A stretch of 40,772 nucleotides of DNA from a virus (lineage: Duplodnaviria > Caudoviricetes), in IMG/VR virus record IMGVR_UViG_3300017788_000066, positions 1 through 40,772 of that record; one strand, written 5' to 3'. The stretch's first letter is position 1, and the number at the start of each line of letters is the position of its first letter. Under the pieces are notes generated by a model that saw nothing but the letters and a program-made list of their open reading frames with translations, was not told the DNA's origin and searched no databases. Positions 15,777 through 23,765 of this stretch are shown in pieces. A program made the translations under genes and the position numbers.

Positions 15777-15986
15777 ATGAAACGCCAAGCGGCCGGAGCG
15801 CCGCCCAAGTTGAAGATGCGGCGGACGCTGACGGCGCACGCACTGCAAACACTGCGGTTCACGGACTTTGCCGGCGAAATCATCGTGCTTCGTGCCGAGC
15901 ACGGCAAGGTACTGCTAGCGATAAGCCACGCCGATACCCACACGCCGCACTTCGTGCAACAGTCTTTCGGGTGGGAAGTTGCTTGA
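15777..15986 (+). CDS. Hypothetical protein, possibly a degenerate CsrA-like fold
   Basis: GGAGG RBS; TLTAHALQTLRF...EIIVLRAEHGKVLLAISH echoes the CsrA strand pattern (weak). Confidence 0.4.
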   Translation: MKRQAAGAPPKLKMRRTLTAHALQTLRFTDFAGEIIVLRAEHGKVLLAISHADTHTPHFVQQSFGWEVA

Positions 15987-16011
15987 CAATTGCCGGCGGA
16001 ACGGGTTGAAT
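15983..16011 (+). promoter_or_regulatory. Putative late promoter
   Basis: TTGACA (15983-15988), 17 bp, TTGAAT (imperfect -10). Confidence 0.4.
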
Positions 16012-16063
16012 AGACACGGCAGAACAACTTGACGGGCACAGACCGCCCGAACGACCTACCAAG

Positions 16064-16107
16064 GCCGCATAGCTTAGCCCAGAAGGCTTCGTTATGCGGC
16101 TTTTTTT
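16064..16107 (+). terminator. Rho-independent terminator
   Basis: GCCGCATAGC/GTTATGCGGC stem with inner AGCC/GGCT, followed by T7. Confidence 0.75.
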
Positions 16108-16129
16108 ATTGCACCAGCGGAACCCCGCC

Positions 16130-16402
16130 ATGCTGCCTCCGGCCAAAGTTGACCAAGTGAAAGCACTCTTGGCGGAAGGGCTGACCGACCGCGAAGTGGC
16201 TCGACGGGCAGGCGTCGGCCGAACCACGGTGCAGCGAATCTGGGCCCAGCTACTGGACAAGCCCAAACGCAAACAGCAAGTCTATCAGCCGGTGCCAAGC
16301 ACGCCGGAGCAGTACCAGCGAGTGCGACAACAAGCGACCGCAGCAATGGAGGAAAAGCTAGCCCGCAAGCGTGCGTATCTGGCGATGAAGCGTGACCGTT
16401 AG
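16130..16402 (+). CDS. HTH DNA-binding protein
   Basis: VKALLAEGLTDREVARRAGVGRTTVQRI. Confidence 0.8.
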   Translation: MLPPAKVDQVKALLAEGLTDREVARRAGVGRTTVQRIWAQLLDKPKRKQQVYQPVPSTPEQYQRVRQQATAAMEEKLARKRAYLAMKRDR

Positions 16403-16622
16403 CCCGGAAGGGAGGTGGTCTAATCTCATGGTGGAGCCTCATTCGATCCAGGACATGGCTCGGCAGAGCGTCCACCTGATGGAGAAGAAGCTACACGCGG
16501 ACCCTGCCACGCATAACTGGCGGATGACCGACTTGTGGATTCTTCGGAACGTGATTGAAGACGAACGGTTCAGGGCGCTTGCCCAGTGGAAGATTGAGGA
16601 GTTCCAGCGATGCGGTTCGTGA
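16392..16622 (+). CDS. Hypothetical protein
   Basis: Overlaps both neighbours; start could be ATG 16428 after GGAGG. Confidence 0.5.
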   Translation: MTVSPEGRWSNLMVEPHSIQDMARQSVHLMEKKLHADPATHNWRMTDLWILRNVIEDERFRALAQWKIEEFQRCGS

Positions 16623-16906
16623 TTGCGTTTCTCTTGTGTCTCTGTGCGGTTCCGGCTCACGCCATCCAAGACCCGCCGAAGCTCCAAGTGACCGGCCATG
16701 CCTGCCAGGCATGTCAAGGCAAGTGCGCATGCGACCCGGTTCTGTGCCCCTGCCCCAAGGTGGTGACGTTCCAGGACGGGACGAAAGCTGTTTTCGTTCC
16801 TGGTCCGGTGGACACGAAAGGCGGCTGGCCGTACATGGGTCCGTTTCGGTGGACGGGTGCTGCTGGTCGTTGGCTGCTGGGTGCGCCGCCGAGGTTCGTG
16901 AAGTGA
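16610..16906 (+). CDS. Secreted Cys-rich small protein
   Basis: Signal peptide MRFVIAFLLCLCAVPAHA; CQACQGKCACDPVLCPC. Confidence 0.65.
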   Translation: MRFVIAFLLCLCAVPAHAIQDPPKLQVTGHACQACQGKCACDPVLCPCPKVVTFQDGTKAVFVPGPVDTKGGWPYMGPFRWTGAAGRWLLGAPPRFVK

Positions 16907-16944
16907 TTGACGGGGTTCGTGCTTCATGCACGGACTGAGGGGTT

Positions 16945-16996
16945 CTCGCATCGTTGCCGGCTGGCTAGCAGCCACAGCCGGCGCGATGCGAGTTTT
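16945..16996 (+). terminator. Long hairpin with short T tract (terminator-like)
   Basis: CTCGCATCG..GCCGGCTG/CAGCCGGC.CGATGCGAG then TTTT. Confidence 0.5.
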
Positions 16997-17065
16997 CCCC
17001 GCAAGGTGCTTGTGGGCAGGGAGGCCCTTACACGTTTTTCACCACGTTCAAGCGTTTTTCAATGA

Positions 17066-17647
17066 ATGAGCCTAACTTACTTTACACCTGGCGACACGCT
17101 CTGGTTCTGTGGGCGCGGCTTTGCATCGCGTGCCATCGGGCTCTGGACTACCTCGCTCAAGCAGAAGTGGAACGGCCAGCTCATCAGCCACGGAAGCTTC
17201 ATTGCGCCCCATCGCGGGAAAATCAAAAACTTCGAGTCCACGACGTTCAACGACCTGGCGTGCGACGAGGCCCGGCGCAAAGTGCTGGGGGTGCAGGTCA
17301 ACGATCCGCACAAGCGGGTTCTGACGTACACGGGGCGGGTGTATCTCTCACGTCCACGCAATGCGTTGAAGGCGGAACAAGTCGAAGCATTGAGCAACTC
17401 CGCGCGGGCGTTTTTGGGAACACCTTACGACATGCCCGGAGCTTTGCGGGCAGGCACGCGTTGGATCAAGCGGTTCTTCGACGCGGACCCGTCGGCTCTG
17501 TTCTGCGACGAGTTCATGGCGTTCGCGCTGATGGACTGCGGGAAGATACCCGAGGGGAGCTTCAACCCGAGTGCGGTGACGCCGGCGTGGCTGGCACGTT
17601 GGCTGGTTCACAACGCGGTGTATCAGCCGCTGGTGAGGCTTAAATGA
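17066..17647 (+). CDS. Permuted papain-like NlpC/P60 (YiiX/YebB-like) hydrolase
   Basis: PGDTLWF.G.GF.SRAI...SHG...LGTPYD...LFCDEF...VTP, His before Cys (permuted order). Confidence 0.8.
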   Translation: MSLTYFTPGDTLWFCGRGFASRAIGLWTTSLKQKWNGQLISHGSFIAPHRGKIKNFESTTFNDLACDEARRKVLGVQVNDPHKRVLTYTGRVYLSRPRNALKAEQVEALSNSARAFLGTPYDMPGALRAGTRWIKRFFDADPSALFCDEFMAFALMDCGKIPEGSFNPSAVTPAWLARWLVHNAVYQPLVRLK

Positions 17648-17808
17648 AACGGGCAATTGCTGAAGCGATTCTGGGTGTGGTGTTCATAGCTGGCGTTATG
17701 GCGTTGTTTGGACTTGCGGCGATGGGACTCGACAGCCGCGTCCCTGCCGAGCCGGTTCCGTGCAAGTGCGCGAAGTGTGAGGCCAAGTGCTGCGAGGTGG
17801 GGAAGTGA
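17644..17808 (+). CDS. Small membrane-anchored Cys-rich protein
   Basis: MKRAIAEAILGVVFIAGVMALFGLAAMG...CKCAKCEAKCC; overlaps both neighbours. Confidence 0.55.
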   Translation: MKRAIAEAILGVVFIAGVMALFGLAAMGLDSRVPAEPVPCKCAKCEAKCCEVGK

Positions 17809-17984
17809 GCGAAACCAAATTAATGCTTGGCGTCATAGCGACCTTTGCAGCCTGTGCTGCGCTGGGAATATCGATCAGATTGATTGCTGGGCCATCGCTG
17901 GCGAGTTTTTTGATGGCGTGCATTTCTGGTGCAGCGATGGGCTGTATCGGTTACTCGACTAGCAAATGGTTGGCTCAAGAATGA
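17805..17984 (+). CDS. Small two-TM membrane protein
   Basis: Hydrophobic throughout; GTGA/ATGA coupling. Confidence 0.55.
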   Translation: MSETKLMLGVIATFAACAALGISIRLIAGPSLASFLMACISGAAMGCIGYSTSKWLAQE

Positions 17985-18997
17985 AGCCCCTCGCCGCCAT
18001 CATCGCGTTCTGTCTCGGCTGCCTAGCCGCTGTGGCGATGGGGGCTCAGACTGAGCTTGCCGACTACCACAAAGCCGTGGTGAAGTGCGGACAGTTCGAC
18101 GGCCGCGGTGGCTCATGGGCTGGCGCAGGCACGGTCGTCTGCCGCGAAGGCGTGGTGGTATCCGTCGCGCATATCTTCGAGGGGCAAGGCCAGTGCTGGG
18201 TAGACTTCGGCGGCGGACGCCGGCAGTTCGCTCGCCTCGTCGGACGTGACCCATCAGCCGACCTTGCAGTTCTCAAAGTCGATAGCGTCCCTGCTGACAT
18301 TCCTGCCATTCCGCTAGCCGAGCCTAACGAGTTCGCGCCGGCCGGTTCTCAAGTCGAGTTCATTGGCTACGGCGGAGGTAACTTCCGGCACTTTACCACG
18401 AACACCGTGGGCTATGACCCAACGCGGCCGGGCGCACCTATCCTGATGGACTTCGTTTCCATCTCAGGGGACTCAGGCGGCCCGGTAGTGTTCAACGGCA
18501 AGCTAGTGGCCGTGCAGTGGGGGCACAACGGCACGCATTCGATGGGCTCTAGCTGCGGGAAGATTCAAGAGTTCCTGACGCAGTATCAAGTGCCGGTTTG
18601 CCGGGACGGTAGTTGCTGGCGACCAAGCAACCCGCAGCCCGTCGTCAGGCCAGCGCAACCGACGCAGCCCCTCGCACCCATCCCCGCCAAGCCGTGCAAC
18701 TGCGACCACGCAGCACTTCTGGCACGCCTTACGAAGCTGGAAGCCTCGTATGCCGAACTACTCGCCCGACAAGGAACCCCCGGACCTCCAGGGGCACAAG
18801 GCGAGCGCGGCCCGCAAGGGCCAGCGGGACCGGCTGGCAAGGACGGCCAGCCCCCCGCTTTAGAAAACATCGTCAAGCAACTGCCGCCGATGACGTTCGA
18901 GATTTGGGACGACGGCAAGCTCAAGGACACACGGAAAGTGCCTCTCGGCGGAGTGGTTCCGCTGGAGCGATTCTTGATAGGGGCAGAGCCCCGATAG
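17981..18997 (+). CDS. Secreted trypsin-like serine protease with collagen-like repeat
   Basis: Signal peptide; catalytic triad motifs SVAHIF, DLAVLKV, GDSGGPV; GTPGPPGAQGERGPQGPAGPAGKDG. Confidence 0.88.
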   Translation: MKPLAAIIAFCLGCLAAVAMGAQTELADYHKAVVKCGQFDGRGGSWAGAGTVVCREGVVVSVAHIFEGQGQCWVDFGGGRRQFARLVGRDPSADLAVLKVDSVPADIPAIPLAEPNEFAPAGSQVEFIGYGGGNFRHFTTNTVGYDPTRPGAPILMDFVSISGDSGGPVVFNGKLVAVQWGHNGTHSMGSSCGKIQEFLTQYQVPVCRDGSCWRPSNPQPVVRPAQPTQPLAPIPAKPCNCDHAALLARLTKLEASYAELLARQGTPGPPGAQGERGPQGPAGPAGKDGQPPALENIVKQLPPMTFEIWDDGKLKDTRKVPLGGVVPLERFLIGAEPR

Positions 18998-19013
18998 CTT
19001 TGGAGATTTTGTA

Positions 19014-19238
19014 ATGGCAGATGTTCCTGCTTCGATCCACGAACAGGCTCTCGGTCGCTTGAGCCTGACCGGCGCTCACGGTGCTGAGCACAGCCAGCAG
19101 TACAACAAGATTCTGGACCTGAACTACGTTCAGGAGCGGAACATGGTGTCGCTGGTTGAGGCGATGGGCGCTCGCGAAGTTACCAGCAAGGCCGGACAAC
19201 TTGGCGTTCCCATCGCTGGCGGCGAAGCCAGCAAGTAG
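19014..19238 (+). CDS. Hypothetical protein
   Basis: GGAG RBS; phage-like codon usage. Confidence 0.7.
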   Translation: MADVPASIHEQALGRLSLTGAHGAEHSQQYNKILDLNYVQERNMVSLVEAMGAREVTSKAGQLGVPIAGGEASK

Positions 19239-19307
19239 TAACCGAGTGACGGCAGCCTAGAGCATCGGGGCAACTCGGTGCTTTGCTGCCGCTGCGGGAG
19301 TGACGCA

Positions 19308-19508
19308 TTGAAACCGCTTGGCTTCGATGAGATTCCGATTGAGCGGCTGTTGGAGATTGGTGCCGAGCAATGCCAACAGGCAACGCTTGACCACCTGGCA
19401 CTCGACAGCAAGAGCCTTGACGGCAGCCTAGGCAGCATCATCAAGGGATTATTGGACCGGGAAAGGGGGAGCGATGGCGACAGCGGAAACGCAAGCGGAG
19501 ACGTCTGA
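19308..19508 (+). CDS. Hypothetical protein
   Basis: GGGAG upstream of TTG 19308, after a GCAA-tetraloop hairpin. Confidence 0.45.
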   Translation: MKPLGFDEIPIERLLEIGAEQCQQATLDHLALDSKSLDGSLGSIIKGLLDRERGSDGDSGNASGDV

Positions 19509-20007
19509 AATTCCGCCCGAACTGCTCCAGAACGGCGACTGGCGTGAGGACGTGAAAAAGGACATCGTTGGGCTGTGGATGGCTCACCGAGGTCTAGACT
19601 TAAAGCGTGTGCAGCAGAACAACGCCATCGCACTGGCAACTATGAAGTTTGCGGCGAGCGGCGATAAGGCACAGTTGGCGGCGGACATCGAACGGGCAGC
19701 CACCATGGACGCAGAAGATATGGGCGTCTCAATCGGCAACAAAGAGGTCCACTACCACTATTCGACGGCTCAAGCCGCACAAGCAAACACCATGACAACG
19801 GCACCGGAGGCTAGCCCTATGGCATCGACCACGAACACGCTTGGCAAGCTGGCTGCCGCTGGTGCCCTGTTGGGTGCAGGCGGCATTGGCACGCTGGGCA
19901 TCGGCATGGCGCTTGACTACCTCACGAAGCCGCCCCCGACGCCGATCGTGCAGCAGCAACCGAACATCGACACAGACACGAACGCAGGACTCAGATTCAA
20001 GGATTAG
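19474..20007 (+). CDS. Hypothetical protein with C-terminal Gly/Ala-rich TM segment
   Basis: GGGGGAG RBS; LAAAGALLGAGGIGTLGIGMAL. Confidence 0.7.
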   Translation: MATAETQAETSEIPPELLQNGDWREDVKKDIVGLWMAHRGLDLKRVQQNNAIALATMKFAASGDKAQLAADIERAATMDAEDMGVSIGNKEVHYHYSTAQAAQANTMTTAPEASPMASTTNTLGKLAAAGALLGAGGIGTLGIGMALDYLTKPPPTPIVQQQPNIDTDTNAGLRFKD

Positions 20008-20015
20008 GGGCAAGG

Positions 20016-20372
20016 ATGTCCGCCGACCAGATCGCTCCATTCCTACGTGAGCTAGGCGAAGTGGCGGACAGATTCCGCTGGATCGTCTGCCGCAAGACGG
20101 GGCGAATCGTCGGCTGGAACGCACAACTAAGGGACCACCTATCGCCGATTCAGGTGGTTGCTTGGGCAGCGTTGACGGACGGCGGAAAGAACGAACACCG
20201 GCTCAAGAGCATTCAAGAGCTTGGCATTGCGGACGAGTTTGAGGCTGGAAGAGTGGCGGGTTTCGAGACGATCAGTCATGCGTTAGTTCAGTGCTGCAAT
20301 TACTGGTGCGACAAGTCGTGGCGTAAGGCGGTACTGGTGGAGATCGGGCTGCCGTGGAAAGAATTTGCATGA
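20016..20372 (+). CDS. Hypothetical protein
   Basis: ORF coupled to the nuclease gene (ATGA). Confidence 0.6.
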   Translation: MSADQIAPFLRELGEVADRFRWIVCRKTGRIVGWNAQLRDHLSPIQVVAWAALTDGGKNEHRLKSIQELGIADEFEAGRVAGFETISHALVQCCNYWCDKSWRKAVLVEIGLPWKEFA

Positions 20373-20788
20373 AGTGGCTCCTGGCAGGCATCATCGCGGC
20401 ACTGTTCCTGGCGGCTGTGGTCAACACGGCGCGACCTGCTGAATTGGTAAACGTGACGGTGCTTGACGGCGACACCGTGCGAGCGGACATCGACATCGGG
20501 TTCGACATCATCCTCAAGCAGCAAACGATTCGCATCTACAACTTCGACGCCTGGGAGGCGAGCAAGGCACGCAGGACGCTGGACCTATCGCCTTTGCAGT
20601 GGCAAGAGGAAATCCGCAAGGGCATGTCGGCCAAGATGGCTCTTACCGGGATTCTAAAGAACGCCAAGCAGGTGACGGTGCACGAGGTGAGCGGGCGTGA
20701 CCCGTATGGGCGGCGATTACTCAAGCTGTACGCCGATGGCAAGCACGTAGCGGACACCATGAAAGAGAAGGGACACCAGCGGAAATGA
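20369..20788 (+). CDS. Thermonuclease (SNase-like) with signal peptide
   Basis: MKWLLAGIIAALFLAAVV; VLDGDTV...IRIYNFDAWE...DPYGRRL. Confidence 0.85.
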   Translation: MKWLLAGIIAALFLAAVVNTARPAELVNVTVLDGDTVRADIDIGFDIILKQQTIRIYNFDAWEASKARRTLDLSPLQWQEEIRKGMSAKMALTGILKNAKQVTVHEVSGRDPYGRRLLKLYADGKHVADTMKEKGHQRK

Positions 20789-20961
20789 GCGGAACTTGTA
20801 AGGATTGTGAACACTGGCATGGCGGCAATTGCCACTTCCATGACGAAGACATTGAAGGCGACGACAGGGCAACACCCAAAGCGGCCTACGAAGAAGGCGC
20901 GTTTCTGCAAACTGGCCCGGACTTCGGTTGCATCCACTTCGCCCCCAAGACGAACACCTAA
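20785..20961 (+). CDS. Small Cys/His metal-binding phage protein
   Basis: MSGTCKDCEHW...C...TGPDFGCIHF; ATGA coupling. Confidence 0.6.
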   Translation: MSGTCKDCEHWHGGNCHFHDEDIEGDDRATPKAAYEEGAFLQTGPDFGCIHFAPKTNT

Positions 20962-20973
20962 GAAATACTAGTC

Positions 20974-21042
20974 GGCACGGAAGCCAACCCCGGTTTGCTG
21001 GCCCCCAAGCATCGTGCGGGAAACCAGCAGGCCGGGGCTTTT
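20974..21042 (+). promoter_or_regulatory. GGC-ACGGAA-GCC hairpin followed by a long hairpin with T tract
   Basis: CANGGANG hexaloop at 20974-20985; CCCCGGTTTGCTGG/CCAGCAGGCCGGGG then TTTT. Confidence 0.5.
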
Positions 21043-21072
21043 GAGAACAGAACTGAAGGGAAACGCGGTGCG

Positions 21073-21339
21073 ATGATCGGCAAGGCAGACATGGCGGCAG
21101 GAATCGTCGCAGCAGGCTCCGCGTTAATTGCGCAAGCATCCGACTTTGAAGTGCTCCGCAGCCTACCGGGAATCGGCGAAGTAGCCAACCTCTCCGCAGT
21201 CGGCGCGATGATCTACCTGGTGCTGTGGACTATCCCCAAGCTTACGCAGGACTTCCGCGACGAGATGAAAGAGGAACGTGAGTTTCACCGGGAAGAAAAC
21301 GAAAAGATGCGGCAAGCGTTTAAGTGCGAGGGGAAGTAA
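21073..21339 (+). CDS. Holin-like small membrane protein
   Basis: Hydrophobic segments followed by charged tail FRDEMKEEREFHREENEK. Confidence 0.45.
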   Translation: MIGKADMAAGIVAAGSALIAQASDFEVLRSLPGIGEVANLSAVGAMIYLVLWTIPKLTQDFRDEMKEEREFHREENEKMRQAFKCEGK

Positions 21340-21452
21340 ATGCCAGCCAACTATTCGCCAGCTGAAGAAGTCAGCGGACTAGTGAAAGAGATTCACCGAG
21401 AGACCGTGAAGTAACCTCACGAACCGCAGCCGCGAACGGAGCCGAGTAAAAT

Positions 21453-23030
21453 ATGGCCGATCCATCGACCTACACTGGCGCGCTTATCTGGCTCTCGCCA
21501 GACGCCTCCAACCTCTGGACGGGTTCCGTCGGCGGAACAAACGTCGCCAACGTCGACGACACGATCCAGAACGCCGAAACCGACATCAGCAGTATCGTGC
21601 TCACCCAAGCCACGGCCGGCAACCGCCCGCAATGGAAAGGGAGCGGCTGGATTTACTGCGGACTGTCTACTGCCAATCGCTGGTTTACACACGACAGCAG
21701 CGAAGCGTACTACAACGACTTTCACGTCAACGGCAATGGCGGCATCCTGGTCTCCTTTCAGCGTTCGACGGCCGACGCTTCGACTAACGAAGTGATGGTG
21801 ACGAACCACAACCTGAGCACGGGCCGCCAAGGCTTCCTGCTGAACGTCAACAGCGCCGATAACCTAGTGTTCACGCTCGACGTGAACGGGGCCACGATCG
21901 GCACACTGACGCTGGGCTCGGTAGCCGACACGAACACGCATATCTGCGAAGTGCGCCTTGTGGACGGTTTGCTCTGGGGAAGGATCGACAACCGAGCGCC
22001 AGTCACTGCAACCCTGTCAGGCGCCTTAGGGACGGGCAACGCCAGCAGTATCGTGCGCATCGGCGTGCGCAGCGGAAACACCCTGCCTGCCAATCAGAAC
22101 CTGCGCGACCTCGTGATCCTGAACTCCGCGGCGACCAACGCCAACCGGCTCGACTGGCGGACCAGAAATCCCTACGCGCAAGACAACGCCACGCTCGACG
22201 TGGCCGAGATTCGCGTCGGCTCCAAGATGGAGATCAACCTGCGAGACCTCTACGAATGGACCGCCGACAGTATGCGCTACGACGGCTACGCTCTGATTCC
22301 AGGGCTGTCGGGCGTGTATGGCGGCACAGTGTTGTCGATCGCCAGCGAGTGGCACGGCTCGGGCCACGGCAACGAGACGATCACCAGCAAGACCATCAGC
22401 ATTGATGGCGTTTCAGAAACGCTTAACGCCGGGCTGTACGTCTCGGCATCTTCGGCAACGATCACCCGCGAAAGCACGCTGGGCACAACCTTCAACCTAC
22501 GCAGCACGAAAGTGCTCAAGGAAACCGGCTTCACGGAAACCGTGCGGCTTGAGCGCATCGACCCCAGCGATGGCAAGTCGATCAGCAGTTCGGCATACCC
22601 TTGGATATGCTCACTCGCCCCAGCGATGAACAACTACATCTGGTACGACGAGGACGGTGCAACGCTCGACAGCGGCACCTTCAGCGGCGAAACGCTGAAC
22701 GCCGAGATCACAGCGCCCAGCGGTGCCATCGCGCTTTTGTCTTACGACACCACCAACGACAAGGGATTGTTGCACGTTCTGAAAAACCCCGGCACGTTGA
22801 CGCCAGACTTATTCGCGGTGCGGCGCTCGACGGACAATAAGTTCTACGGGCGAATGGTCGGCTTGGATGGCTCTGAGGGAGGTGAGGTGTTCACCACAGT
22901 CTGGACGGTTGAAGTCATCGAAGCGACTGGCGCAACGTATGAGGCGGCTGGCAGTGCGGCTGTTGCGCGGGCGTTGAACCCGCCCAAGAGCACCGGCGGG
23001 ATGGGAATCAAACTAGGGCTAGGACTCTAA
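21453..23030 (+). CDS. Virion fibre protein with LamG/ConA-like domain (probable head fibre)
   Basis: LIWLSPDA...LTQATAGNRPQW LamG-type N-terminal region; Thr/Ser/Gly-rich; ends GMGIKLGLGL; adjacent to spike base gene. Confidence 0.6.
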   Translation: MADPSTYTGALIWLSPDASNLWTGSVGGTNVANVDDTIQNAETDISSIVLTQATAGNRPQWKGSGWIYCGLSTANRWFTHDSSEAYYNDFHVNGNGGILVSFQRSTADASTNEVMVTNHNLSTGRQGFLLNVNSADNLVFTLDVNGATIGTLTLGSVADTNTHICEVRLVDGLLWGRIDNRAPVTATLSGALGTGNASSIVRIGVRSGNTLPANQNLRDLVILNSAATNANRLDWRTRNPYAQDNATLDVAEIRVGSKMEINLRDLYEWTADSMRYDGYALIPGLSGVYGGTVLSIASEWHGSGHGNETITSKTISIDGVSETLNAGLYVSASSATITRESTLGTTFNLRSTKVLKETGFTETVRLERIDPSDGKSISSSAYPWICSLAPAMNNYIWYDEDGATLDSGTFSGETLNAEITAPSGAIALLSYDTTNDKGLLHVLKNPGTLTPDLFAVRRSTDNKFYGRMVGLDGSEGGEVFTTVWTVEVIEATGATYEAAGSAAVARALNPPKSTGGMGIKLGLGL

Positions 23031-23046
23031 CGGAGAGGACACAAAT

Positions 23047-23295
23047 ATGGGACTGAGCAGTCAACGCGACCCGTCTGAAAACTACGACACCTACACCAAG
23101 AGCGACACAGTGAAGTTCGCTGGTGGAAACAGCCGGCGGATCATGGTTCTAGACGACGGCGTGGTCGTTCTATGGAAGCCAGACGACACGACGGTCACAA
23201 CTCCCACGCTACCAGCCGGCACTGTGCTGGACGTGGTAGCCAAGGGCATCAAGTCAACGAACACCACGGCATCCCTGTTCTTTGTGTTGCACTAA
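23047..23295 (+). CDS. Head spike base protein, RcGTA Rcc01079-like
   Basis: T.SDT...SRRIMV...G.VV......TVT...LPAGTVLDVVAKGIKSTNTTA pattern, 82 aa. Confidence 0.7.
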   Translation: MGLSSQRDPSENYDTYTKSDTVKFAGGNSRRIMVLDDGVVVLWKPDDTTVTTPTLPAGTVLDVVAKGIKSTNTTASLFFVLH

Positions 23296-23306
23296 AGGCG
23301 GGTGGC

Positions 23307-23765
23307 ATGGCGAGCGTTGAATCCAGCAATGTTCCAGCCAGCAGCCAAGGGGGTCAGGGGGGCGGTCTGTTCGAGGATCGAGGGCATACCCGAGGCGATG
23401 CCATCTTGATTCGCAAGTGGGCAGGTGTGGTTGACCCTGAAAAGGTCAAGCCACTCATTGAAAAAGGTTATGCCCTGGCAGAGAACGCGGAGAGCGAACG
23501 CGACTATGCCGCAGTGATGAAGGTTATTCAGGGGTTCGCAAAGCTAGAGCAAGAAGAATCGAAAGCGGTTCAGCCGACGACCGGAACCACGACGAACATC
23601 CAGATCAATGGCGACGTGCGAATCTCCAATCCTGACGAGCGACGAACTGAACTGCTTGGCATCATTGCTGCCGCATCTGACCGAGCAAGAGCAATCGAGA
23701 ATAGCGGAACTACTGACGCCCCAGCCGACCCCAAGCGAGCAATTCCGCCAGCGACTGATGATTAG
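23307..23765 (+). CDS. Putative terminase small subunit
   Basis: Position immediately upstream of and overlapping terL; helical core and TTNIQING tail. Confidence 0.45.
   Translation: MASVESSNVPASSQGGQGGGLFEDRGHTRGDAILIRKWAGVVDPEKVKPLIEKGYALAENAESERDYAAVMKVIQGFAKLEQEESKAVQPTTGTTTNIQINGDVRISNPDERRTELLGIIAAASDRARAIENSGTTDAPADPKRAIPPATDD

Noticed and set aside
19247-19431. 14-bp direct repeat TGACGGCAGCCTAG (19247 and 19418) as an att site or target duplication
   Set aside because: Only two short copies, the first is part of a hairpin stem, and no recombinase is nearby
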